A stretch of 64,000 nt of DNA, from contig OZ242195.1 of assembly GCA_965205975.1 (NCBI GenBank), forward strand, positions 3,840,001-3,904,000, in the 5' to 3' direction. Origin of the DNA: Candidatus Latescibacterota bacterium. Lineage in GTDB: Bacteria > Latescibacterota > UBA2968. This document shows, piece by piece, positions 39,694 to 48,686 of this stretch. The number at the start of each line of letters is the position of its first letter. Position 1 is the stretch's first letter. The notes under the pieces were generated by a model that worked only from the letters and a program-made list of their open reading frames with translations, was not told the DNA's origin and ran no database searches. The position numbers and the translations under genes were made by a program.

Positions 39694-40281
39694 TCATCCA
39701 CACAGGGAATTTCGCCCCTGAAGTTTCTCTGCCAGCCTCTGCGTAACATGGTGAAGCCTCGACTTAACCGTACCCTCGGGACACCCGAGAATCTGGCTAA
39801 TCTCTCGAATACTGCGACACTCTTGATGCCGCAACAAAAACGTCGTACGCTGATCCACACTGAGCTTATCCAGCTCATCCATCATCGCGCGCAGAAAAGC
39901 CCGTTCATCGCACGCCTTTTCTATCGCATGATCACCGTCAACCCACCCACAATGCATATCGATATCGGGATCATTAACCACAATCTTGCGCACACTCTGC
40001 TTGCGATACTCGTTCTTGCACATATTGTGTGCAACCGTATAAAGCCAGGACGTAAAGGCATTACCCCGCTTAAAACGGGTGGACTTCTCGACAATTTTCA
40101 AAAACAAATCCTGCAGAAAATCCTGCGCCTTCTCCTCGTCCCCCCCCAGCATGCGATGAAAATAGTAAAGCATCCGCTTGCTATATCGGGCATAGAGTTC
40201 GTCAAATGCGGCCGTATCGCCCCGCTGAATGCGGGACATGAGCTTTTCATCGGAAAGCGTGTGATATTTTCTCGGGAACAT
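39694..40281 (-). CDS. ECF sigma-70 factor
   Basis: 'DEKLM...GD.AAFDELY.RY', 'QDLFLK', 'SWLYTVAHN', 'GTVKSRLH'. Confidence 0.93.
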   Translation of the reverse strand: MFPRKYHTLSDEKLMSRIQRGDTAAFDELYARYSKRMLYYFHRMLGGDEEKAQDFLQDLFLKIVEKSTRFKRGNAFTSWLYTVAHNMCKNEYRKQSVRKIVVNDPDIDMHCGWVDGDHAIEKACDERAFLRAMMDELDKLSVDQRTTFLLRHQECRSIREISQILGCPEGTVKSRLHHVTQRLAEKLQGRNSLCG

Positions 40282-40362
40282 AAAAATCCAGACGGTGCGT
40301 GATTTATAGCGCCTTTCTACCTATTGCATACCCCTGACATTGCCAAAAAGTTCAAACTTTTT

Positions 40363-40833
40363 TTACTGCGTAACATCGGCTTCTACGACAAACTCGACCT
40401 TACAGTTCACAATATGAAATAACGCGAGCATTTGCCGAATGGATTTTCGATAATTGGTCTGATCGAGAAGGCGGTAGTATTGCGCGGGCGATGTACCGAG
40501 CCGACGAATAATCTCACGGGTGCTCAGCGGCGACCTCTCGACCGCCTCCCGAACCCGGCATGTCAACTCATAGAGCAACAAATCCGCCATATAACCGGGA
40601 TCGCGATTGTATTCGAGCACATGATCGATATGAACCGTCCCCTCATCCCCGGAAGCGAGCACATAGACAAACCCCTCATTGTCCAACTCCGGATCCACAT
40701 AAACGTTGACAACCCAGCGCCCTTTGCGCGGTATTGGTCGCACAACCGCATAGGGAAACACATAGGTATTATTGTACGTATAAACCTCAAAAGCCTTCTT
40801 CCGATTATTCGGCACAACTTTTCGAATTTTCAA
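40363..40833 (-). CDS. Putative antitoxin (DUF2442-like + HTH)
   Basis: Coupled to the DUF4160-like gene; 'STREIIRRLGTSPAQYYRLLD' HTH. Confidence 0.6.
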   Translation of the reverse strand: MKIRKVVPNNRKKAFEVYTYNNTYVFPYAVVRPIPRKGRWVVNVYVDPELDNEGFVYVLASGDEGTVHIDHVLEYNRDPGYMADLLLYELTCRVREAVERSPLSTREIIRRLGTSPAQYYRLLDQTNYRKSIRQMLALFHIVNCKVEFVVEADVTQ

Positions 40834-41024
40834 AGCGCACCCCTATCTTGCAATTCTCGTATATATTTTAAAATTTGACCCGTCGGCTTTCCCTTCATCG
40901 CCCTATTATTTTCCAAATCCCATTTAACGACCAGCTTACCCGACTGATAGACGTGAACGTGTCTTGGGGGATGGTCGCCAGCCCAAAACACAAAAATGAA
41001 ATTTCCTCGCCGAATTCTACCCAT
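40830..41024 (-). CDS. DUF4160-like putative toxin
   Basis: 'GDHPPRHVHV' motif, 64 aa. Confidence 0.75.
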   Translation of the reverse strand: MGRIRRGNFIFVFWAGDHPPRHVHVYQSGKLVVKWDLENNRAMKGKPTGQILKYIRELQDRGAL

Positions 41025-41028
41025 TCTT

Positions 41029-41059
41029 AAATGTAACCATATACGGTTACATTTGTCAA
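41029..41059 (-). promoter_or_regulatory. Promoter and palindromic operator of the TA pair
   Basis: AAATGTAACC-6 bp-GGTTACATTT perfect IR; TTGACA-18 bp-TACATT on the minus strand. Confidence 0.7.
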
Positions 41060-41185
41060 GAGCGGGCAAAAAAAATTTGATTTATCCTATTGTGCCAAAA
41101 GGTTCAAACTTTTTCTATTTTTTATTTATATTGAGAGGGTGTATAATTTGATTTATACAACCCCCTCAATTAAATCGGAGACACA

Positions 41186-42295
41186 ATGGACCGAGTAAAA
41201 CGTCGCGACTTCATAAAAAAAGCTGGCCTTGCCGGCGGCGCTGCACTATTGGCGGGCTGTGCATCCCCACAAGAAACTGGGGCACCCGCTGTACAAACGC
41301 GCAAAAAATACGAATGGAAAATGGTCACAACCTGGTCGCCGCACTTCCCCATCCTGGGAGAATCCGCTGAACACATCGCCAAATGGACAGAAGAAATGTC
41401 CGAAGGCCAGCTCAAAATACAGGTCTATGGCGGCGGCGAACTCATCCCCCCCCTCGAAGGCTTTGACGCCGTAAGCGCGGGAACCGCGGAAATGTGTCAC
41501 GGCGCCGCGTATTACTGGGCTGGAAAAGCGCAGGCAACCCAATTCTTCGCCTCTGTACCCTTTGGCATGAACGCCCAACAAATGAACGCCTGGATCACCA
41601 GTGGCGGAGGCCTCGCCTTATGGGAAGAACTCTACGCCCCATTTAACCTCATCCCCATCCCCGCAGGCAACACCGGCGTACAAATGGGTGGCTGGTTCAA
41701 CCGAGAAATCAACGCCGTAAGCGACCTTCAGGGCCTCAAAATGCGCATCCCGGGCCTCGGCGGCAAAGTCATCTCCAAAGCTGGCGGCGCCGCAATATTA
41801 TCAGCAGGAACAGAAATCTTCACCAACCTCGAACGCGGCGTCATCGACGCAACCGAATGGATCGGACCCTATCACGACTCACTCATGGGCTTTTACAAAG
41901 CCGCCAAATACTATTATTATCCCGGCTGGCACGAACCCGGCACCGTCATAGAACTCATCGTCAACAAATCCGCCTACGAAACCCTGCCCAAAAACCTGCA
42001 AGACATCGTGCGAACCGCTGCAGCCCGCGCAAATGCCTGGACACTATCGGAATTTGAAGCAAAAAACAACGCGCATCTGCAAACCCTCATAAAAGACCAC
42101 AACGTCATACTAAAAAAATTCCCCGACGAAGTCCTCAGCACACTTCAAAAATACGCCGGAGAAGTCATAGATGAACTCGTCGCAGCCGATGCCATGAGCA
42201 AAAAAGTATATGAATCATTTGAAGCATTTCGCAAAAAAATGCACGGCTGGGCGGCGATATCGGAGAAAATCTATTACGAGAACTTGAGTGCATGA
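41186..42295 (+). CDS. dctP: TRAP transporter solute-binding protein (TakP-like, Tat signal)
   Basis: RRDFIK, 'GNTGVQMGGWF', 'LKMRIPGLGG', 'YYPGWHEP'. Confidence 0.93.
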   Translation: MDRVKRRDFIKKAGLAGGAALLAGCASPQETGAPAVQTRKKYEWKMVTTWSPHFPILGESAEHIAKWTEEMSEGQLKIQVYGGGELIPPLEGFDAVSAGTAEMCHGAAYYWAGKAQATQFFASVPFGMNAQQMNAWITSGGGLALWEELYAPFNLIPIPAGNTGVQMGGWFNREINAVSDLQGLKMRIPGLGGKVISKAGGAAILSAGTEIFTNLERGVIDATEWIGPYHDSLMGFYKAAKYYYYPGWHEPGTVIELIVNKSAYETLPKNLQDIVRTAAARANAWTLSEFEAKNNAHLQTLIKDHNVILKKFPDEVLSTLQKYAGEVIDELVAADAMSKKVYESFEAFRKKMHGWAAISEKIYYENLSA

Positions 42296-42298
42296 CCG

Positions 42299-43618
42299 CT
42301 ATCCCCCCAAATACTTTGGCAGAGAAGTCGCCATCTCGGGAAACGCGATCACGAGCGTCAGCCCAATCAGTTGAATAATAATAAACGGAATAATCCCCCG
42401 ATAAATATGGCCCGTGCGGACCTCGGGAGGCGCGACCCCCTTCAGATAAAAAAGTGAAAAACCAAAAGGCGGCGTCAAAAAAGAAGTCTGTAAATTCATC
42501 GCAATCAAAATACCCAACCACAGAAGATCCACACCCAACGCAACAAAAATAGGCGCCACAACCGGAACAATAATAAACGTAATCTCGATAAAATCGATAA
42601 AAAAGCCCGCCACAAAAATCATAACCATCACAAGCGCGAGAAACGCGCCCGGACTCATATTCGCCGAAAGAATCAGATTCGTCAAATACGCATCCCCGTG
42701 CATACCGCGAAACACCAGACCAAACGCCGTAGCACCCACCAGAATAATAAAAACCATACACGTCAGATGCGTCGTCTCCACCATCACCGACTTCAGCGTC
42801 GCATAAGAAAACTTCTTTTGCAGCACCGTCAAAAGCGTCGCGCCAAACGCACCCACAGCCGCCGCCTCGGTAGGCGAAGCAATCCCCGCAAAAATAGACC
42901 CCAGAACCGCAACAACGAGAACAGCCGGCAGAACAAAAGCCTGAAAAACGCGCCGCACCATCGCCCTGCCGTGAAACTGCGCGAGTTCTTCCTCCGGCAT
43001 CGCCGGTGCCCACTCGGACTTAAAAACCGCGACCAAAACGAGATAAACCACATAGAGCAATACCAGAACAAAACCCGGCACCACAGCACCCACAAACATA
43101 TCCCCAATCGAAACATTCAGCACACTACCCAACAGCACCAGCACAATACTCGGCGGAATAATCTGCCCCAAAGTACCCGACGCCGAAATCGTCCCCGTCG
43201 CCACCTCCGCACGGTATCCCCGCTTCAGCATCGTTGGCAAACTCAGCAAACCCATCGTAACCACAGTCGCGCCAACAATACCCGTAGAAGCCCCGAACAG
43301 CGCCCCCACAGCAACCACAGAAATCGCCAGCCCCCCGCGCAAATGACCAAAAAGCAACGCCATAGTTTCCAGCAAATTCTCAGCCAAACCGGACTTCTCC
43401 AGCATCACCCCCATAAACACAAACAAAGGCACGGCAATCAGCACATAATTCGTCATCACGCCCCAAATACGCAGGGGCAATAGATTAAAAAAAACCGGAC
43501 CAAACGTCAAATAGCCCAAAATAAAAGAAACACCACCGAGCGTAAACGCAACGGGAAAACCGAGCAAAAGAAGAAGAAAAAGAACGCCAAACAGAATCAG
43601 GGGCATCGCCTCGATCAT
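42299..43618 (-). CDS. dctM: TRAP transporter large permease
   Basis: GTLGQIIPPS, SPTEAAAVG, SFLTPPFG. Confidence 0.94.
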   Translation of the reverse strand: MIEAMPLILFGVLFLLLLLGFPVAFTLGGVSFILGYLTFGPVFFNLLPLRIWGVMTNYVLIAVPLFVFMGVMLEKSGLAENLLETMALLFGHLRGGLAISVVAVGALFGASTGIVGATVVTMGLLSLPTMLKRGYRAEVATGTISASGTLGQIIPPSIVLVLLGSVLNVSIGDMFVGAVVPGFVLVLLYVVYLVLVAVFKSEWAPAMPEEELAQFHGRAMVRRVFQAFVLPAVLVVAVLGSIFAGIASPTEAAAVGAFGATLLTVLQKKFSYATLKSVMVETTHLTCMVFIILVGATAFGLVFRGMHGDAYLTNLILSANMSPGAFLALVMVMIFVAGFFIDFIEITFIIVPVVAPIFVALGVDLLWLGILIAMNLQTSFLTPPFGFSLFYLKGVAPPEVRTGHIYRGIIPFIIIQLIGLTLVIAFPEMATSLPKYLGG

Positions 43619-44133
43619 CCATCCACCTCCTCATCCCGAATGGAAAGCAAAGACCGACACGCCAGCCCCAGCCCCTGTAGCAAAAGCAGAACAAAACCAA
43701 GGGGAATAGCCGCCTTCAGCACCCACCGCGCGGGCAGACCCCCCGGATCGGGTGACGTCTCCCCAATGTGGAATGCACTAACCACAAAATACTGCGAACT
43801 CACAATCACAATAATGCAAAACGGAATCAAAAACAGAACGCTGCCAATCAGATTCACCCACGCCTTCTTACGAGCGGAAAACCGGCTATAGAAAACATCC
43901 ACGCGCACGTGTTGATCGTGCTTGAGCGAATACGCAGCACCAAGCAAAAAAATCAGCGCGAACAAATGCCATTCCAATTCCTGAACAGCCACCAGGCTAT
44001 TCTTCAGCAAATAGCGGGTAAAAACATCGTAACAAACCACCGCCACCAGCACAGCGGTAAGCCACGCAATCGCCCTGCCAACGCGCTCATTTAAACCATC
44101 GACAAATCGGATATATGCTCTTAAAACCTGCAA
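43615..44133 (-). CDS. dctQ: TRAP transporter small permease
   Basis: 'QELEWHLF', 'HVRVDVFY', 'E.SPDPGGLP'; TTG start after AGGAG. Confidence 0.9.
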   Translation of the reverse strand: MQVLRAYIRFVDGLNERVGRAIAWLTAVLVAVVCYDVFTRYLLKNSLVAVQELEWHLFALIFLLGAAYSLKHDQHVRVDVFYSRFSARKKAWVNLIGSVLFLIPFCIIVIVSSQYFVVSAFHIGETSPDPGGLPARWVLKAAIPLGFVLLLLQGLGLACRSLLSIRDEEVDG

Positions 44134-44215
44134 AATGCGCTCCTGAAAAAATGGTTCAAAGAATATAAATAAATTCGCATAGTAGAAGAGAAAAAACGAA
44201 TACAAAACCAACAGC

Positions 44216-44256
44216 AAAAAGTCCGGATACACGATATGGTATCCGGACTTTTTTTT
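44216..44256. terminator. Intrinsic terminator downstream of the Panacea TA pair
   Basis: AAAAAGTCCGGATAC-loop-GTATCCGGACTTTTTTTT. Confidence 0.8.
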
Positions 44257-44278
44257 AAAGTTCAGGCTTTGGGTATTC

Positions 44279-44644
44279 TCAAGTGTGGTATTTTCGGTAA
44301 AATTCTTTTACTATTTTGGATGTGCGTTTAGATTTACATAGACCTGCATGCATCCTATATAATAATTCATTGGATATAGTTTCTTGTTGCTTTCCCTGTC
44401 TTTTAATATATTCGACATTGGATTCTTTGATTATGCTCGCTTTTCCGTATAGAACGACAGATTTTTTTCTTATGAAGGGATGTTCACCAGGTTGAATAAT
44501 ACAAGTCTCATCTGAATTTTTACGCCATGATGTGATATTCACTATTATTGCTTGTGGTGGGTCGCCCAAATAATCTGTTAAAAATATATGTAAATGATAG
44601 CCCCCACCATCTTCAAACAAATAACACTCGCCAGCTAATGACAT
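44279..44644 (-). CDS. Putative toxin (PemK/MazF-like pattern)
   Basis: 'HLHIFLTD...IIVNITS...DETCIIQPGEHPFIRKKSVVLY'; 2 nt downstream of the Panacea gene. Confidence 0.55.
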   Translation of the reverse strand: MSLAGECYLFEDGGGYHLHIFLTDYLGDPPQAIIVNITSWRKNSDETCIIQPGEHPFIRKKSVVLYGKASIIKESNVEYIKRQGKQQETISNELLYRMHAGLCKSKRTSKIVKEFYRKYHT

Positions 44645-44646
44645 AT

Positions 44647-45225
44647 TTATCCAATTAACTTATCGTAAAATAGCATGACACGCATTTCGTCTTTTATTGC
44701 CATTAAATCTTCTCCGTCCCATCCTGTAACATTGAAAAGTGTAGTCCAGGATATTGGTGTAGAAGTCTCGCCAGATTCCTCAAATTCAGGTAGAGAATGC
44801 GTATATTCTTTTAACTCTTGAAAACTCATATTTCCGTACTTTTTAAATACATCATTCATTAATTCAATTTCTATCTCGGATAATTCCCCATCATCTACAT
44901 CAAATGTTTTCAACCTCACAATATGATCTGTTTGAGAATATGAAAAGTACTTTGACCAATATTCTCCTTTCTTCTTTTCGCATGCAAGATCATAGGTATT
45001 ACTCAACACAGGACCAAAAGGCATATTGAATGGCCTGTCAAATGTTACAAGGTCGCCAAATTTTTCTAAGCCACGCCGATCAATTAGATACATCAGTTTA
45101 ATGAGCTTGTACAAATCAATTTTGCCACCATTGCGTTTTGCCAACAACGTAGCGATTTGTACGGTTTTTAACTCCTTGAAAGCGGGAACATCACTGTCGG
45201 AAACAAAAACCTTATCCTTGACCAT
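44647..45225 (-). CDS. Panacea (DUF4065/SocA-like) antitoxin
   Basis: 'KLIKLMYLIDR', 'MPFGPV', 'ELKEYTH'; SD AAGGAGG. Confidence 0.85.
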   Translation of the reverse strand: MVKDKVFVSDSDVPAFKELKTVQIATLLAKRNGGKIDLYKLIKLMYLIDRRGLEKFGDLVTFDRPFNMPFGPVLSNTYDLACEKKKGEYWSKYFSYSQTDHIVRLKTFDVDDGELSEIEIELMNDVFKKYGNMSFQELKEYTHSLPEFEESGETSTPISWTTLFNVTGWDGEDLMAIKDEMRVMLFYDKLIG

Positions 45226-45500
45226 CTTGACCTCCTTACACAGGGGAATATAAGGGGAAGGTTTGAGGTTAGACACCTTATCCTATATTAAATATAGAGA
45301 ACCGATACTCCTGCGTCAAATTTTAAGGAGAATCCCTATATCCCAAACTACGCTATTTATTGAGTTTTAACTCCTCACCTACTTCAATCTTCGCGTCAAT
45401 TTTTATTCTCGTCACGGCAGCAAAACATGATCCTTGATATGGAATCGTTTTTTGTGTAAATTTAATTTGTCATTTTAGATTTACACAAAAAAACGCGCTT

Positions 45501-46655
45501 ATGAATTACCGTCCTCGACAAATTGAACCCATCCTGTCCGACTATCTCAATGCATTCCCTGTGGTCGGCATTACAGGACCTCGGCAATCTGGAAAATCCA
45601 CGCTCCTCCAGCAGGTACTGCGCGATGCTTACACCTACGTCACCTTTGACGACATAAGACAACTGGCATTATTTGAAGACGACCCCGAAAAATTTATGCA
45701 AATGTATCACCACCGCGTTATTTTTGACGAAGTTCAAAAAGCCCCTGCACTTTTCAACCACATCAAGCTCGCCGTTGATCGAGATCGCGATACCTATGGC
45801 AAATTTGTACTCACCGGATCCAGCCAATTCACGCTCATGCAAAATGTAGCGGACAGTCTGGCAGGGCGCATTGGTTTATTGTCACTTCTCCCCTTTGATC
45901 ATCGAGAATTGCCCAAAGCACTTTGTGCAACAGCGATATGGCGCGGCTGTTATCCCGAACTGGTCACGCGCCATTATCGCAATGCCGACGATTGGTATGC
46001 CTCCTATATCGAAACCTACCTCGCACGCGATGTGCGAGACGTGGCACAAATTGGCAATCTGCGCGATTTTCGGAACTTGATCCAGTTACTCGCTGCAAAT
46101 ACGGCCCAGATACTCAACATGTCTCGCCTCGCCAGTGACCTCGGCGTAACAATGCCCACAATCAAACGGTGGATTTCCATATTAGAAATGTCCTATGTCA
46201 TCTTTCTCTTGCCCCCTTATTTTCGGAACTTCGGCAAACGGGTTATCAAACGCCCCAAAATATATTTTTACGACACGGGCCTCGTATCGGCTCTCACGGG
46301 CATTCGGACTGAAGAAATGTATGACCGCGGACCCATGGCTGGTACACTCTTTGAAAATTATATCCTATCTCAAATCCTCAAACACCACAAACACACCAAT
46401 CGACGTTGTGAATTTTATTTTTACCGAACCAGTCATGGCGTAGAAATCGATCTCGTTATCGACACGGGACAAACCCGTCATTTTGTCGAAATAAAAAAAA
46501 CCGCGACCTTTAGACCTCGCCTGATAAAAACACTCCATACACTCGCTTCTCAAGCCGACACAGCGACACTGATCTATCAGGGAGAATCACTGCCCGATTA
46601 CAGCGGTATTCGCATTTGCAACTGGTCGAATTACCTCACCCCAAAAAAGGAGTAA
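45501..46655 (+). CDS. AAA_14 ATPase with DUF4143 and a C-terminal nuclease-like motif
   Basis: GPRQSGKST, FDEVQ, LTGSS, SLAGR, 'PKIYFYDTG', 'EIDLV...VEIK'. Confidence 0.9.
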   Translation: MNYRPRQIEPILSDYLNAFPVVGITGPRQSGKSTLLQQVLRDAYTYVTFDDIRQLALFEDDPEKFMQMYHHRVIFDEVQKAPALFNHIKLAVDRDRDTYGKFVLTGSSQFTLMQNVADSLAGRIGLLSLLPFDHRELPKALCATAIWRGCYPELVTRHYRNADDWYASYIETYLARDVRDVAQIGNLRDFRNLIQLLAANTAQILNMSRLASDLGVTMPTIKRWISILEMSYVIFLLPPYFRNFGKRVIKRPKIYFYDTGLVSALTGIRTEEMYDRGPMAGTLFENYILSQILKHHKHTNRRCEFYFYRTSHGVEIDLVIDTGQTRHFVEIKKTATFRPRLIKTLHTLASQADTATLIYQGESLPDYSGIRICNWSNYLTPKKE

Positions 46656-46660
46656 CTGCC

Positions 46661-48091
46661 ATGCCAGAACAACCGAACATCCTCCTCTTCATCAGCGACC
46701 AACAGCGCACGGACACCTTGAAATGTTATGGCAACGACTGGATACAATCGCCGCATCAAGACGCCCTTGCAGAGCGCAGCTTCGTCTTTGAAAACACCTA
46801 CGTCACACAGCCCGTATGCACCCCTGCACGCGGATCCTTAATGACGGGTCTCTACCCGCACAACCACGAATGCATGGTCAACCGCGACATATTGCGCGAC
46901 GAAATCCCATCCATCGCGGAAATGCTACCCGACACCTATCGAAAAGCCATGTTTGGAAAATGGCACCTCGGCGACGACTCCGTGCGACAACACGGCTTTG
47001 ACGAATGGATCAGCACAGAAGACGACCACCGCAACAAATACTCCCGCCCCGGCTTGCCTTTCAGCAGCTATTACTACTGGATGAAAGAACAGGGCATAGA
47101 ACCCCAAAACAACAGCGCCACCGGAGAAATCATCTTCTCACCGCGCCAGCGATCCCAACTCCCCGCAGAATACCAGATGGCCACCTTCATCGCCAACCAC
47201 TCCGAGCGATTCATCCGGGAAAACACACACCGCCCGTGGCTCCTCGTATTCAGCACATTTGAACCACACCCCCCAATGACCGGACCCTACGACGGCATGT
47301 ACGACCCCGATGCCCTACCCGTAGGTCCCACCTTCATGAAAAAACCAGAAGGACACGCCCTGTTTAACCGCGCCCGCGCAGAACACTACCTCAGCAACAG
47401 AGTTGAAGGCCAGGACCTGCGACAAGAACAATCCTGGCGAAAACTGCGAGCGCAATACTACGGCAACGTAAAAATCATCGACGACGCCATAGGCCGCATG
47501 GTACAGGCACTGGAAGAAACCGGACAAATGGAAAACACCATCTTTGCCGTCACCAGTGACCACGGTGAAATGGCAGGCGACCATGCCATGCTGGAAAAAC
47601 GCGCATTCTACGAAGAATCTGCACGCGTACCCATGATCTTAAGCGTCCCGTGGCTCACACAAACGCAAGAGCGCATCGACGGCGTCTTTGGACACGCGGA
47701 CCTGATCGCAACCCTCATAGAATTGGCCAATCAGCCACTCTCAGACGCCCTCCCGGGCCGCCCGTGTGCCGACGTCTTAAACGGCAGCGCCGACCTGCGC
47801 GACCACACCGCATTCATGGAATGGAACGGCATTGGCGACCGCAACCTGGGCAACCCCAAAATCAACCTCATGGCAACCTTGCCCTGGCGCTGTGCCGTAA
47901 CCGGAGACCGGTGGAAACTCAACTTATGTGCCGGCGACCAGTGCGAATTATTTGACCTGAACAACGACCCTTATGAAGAAACCAATCTCTTTGACGACCC
48001 TGCACACCGCGACCGGGCGCGGGAAATCGCGGCTCGCATTCGCCTGTGGCAACACGAAACAAATGACCGCGCGCCCTTGCCAGCGATTTAA
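46661..48091 (+). CDS. Sulfatase
   Basis: PNILLFISDQQR, CTPAR, GKWHLG, SDHGEM. Confidence 0.93.
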   Translation: MPEQPNILLFISDQQRTDTLKCYGNDWIQSPHQDALAERSFVFENTYVTQPVCTPARGSLMTGLYPHNHECMVNRDILRDEIPSIAEMLPDTYRKAMFGKWHLGDDSVRQHGFDEWISTEDDHRNKYSRPGLPFSSYYYWMKEQGIEPQNNSATGEIIFSPRQRSQLPAEYQMATFIANHSERFIRENTHRPWLLVFSTFEPHPPMTGPYDGMYDPDALPVGPTFMKKPEGHALFNRARAEHYLSNRVEGQDLRQEQSWRKLRAQYYGNVKIIDDAIGRMVQALEETGQMENTIFAVTSDHGEMAGDHAMLEKRAFYEESARVPMILSVPWLTQTQERIDGVFGHADLIATLIELANQPLSDALPGRPCADVLNGSADLRDHTAFMEWNGIGDRNLGNPKINLMATLPWRCAVTGDRWKLNLCAGDQCELFDLNNDPYEETNLFDDPAHRDRAREIAARIRLWQHETNDRAPLPAI

Positions 48092-48394
48092 GATCGCAGA
48101 CGGGAAGGCACACGCAGGGGCGAGGCATGCCTCGCCCCTACACGAATTAACAATATCACCACCTTTACAATTTATCTTGCATATAAGAGGAGAATGACTA
48201 TATTGCATATCGAGTGAGAACGCGGAATTGCGGGTATTAGTCATTCTTTCGCAGAGCCTCCCCTATCTCTGCTAACTGTGCCCTTCCTCACCTTCCGAGT
48301 ATCTCGCTTTTTTTCCCTCTACAATTCGTTCCGACTCTCTATTTCTATCAGAGAGCGGTGTAGTTATGTTTCACATCTCTTAAGGAATCCCGTC

Positions 48395-48607
48395 ATGAAC
48401 GACACGGCATTGTTAAAACTGCTGGCGGCTGGGATAGACGAAGACGTTGCTGCTACACAACTGAACATTTCTCCCCAACAAGTTAAAGGACGAATCAGAG
48501 AATATTTGCAAGCAGGCATCTTAAATTGCAATGGCGAACGCGAAACCATCAACTGGAAAGCCTTTGGCAAATGGAAAAAACTGGCACAAACTGTTGAAAC
48601 CGTATAG
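48395..48607 (+). CDS. Small HTH-like protein
   Basis: 'LLKLLAAGIDEDVAATQLNISPQQVKGRI' LuxR-like pattern; SD AAGGA. Confidence 0.55.
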   Translation: MNDTALLKLLAAGIDEDVAATQLNISPQQVKGRIREYLQAGILNCNGERETINWKAFGKWKKLAQTVETV

Positions 48608-48633
48608 AAAAAGCAAAATGGATTTATGTAACA

Positions 48634-48671
48634 AGATGGGCAGTCGCATGTGTGCAACTGCCCGTTTTTTA
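48634..48671 (+). terminator. Intrinsic terminator
   Basis: GGGCAGT...ACTGCCC followed by a T-tract. Confidence 0.7.
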
Positions 48672-48686
48672 TCTGGAGAAAGAAGC

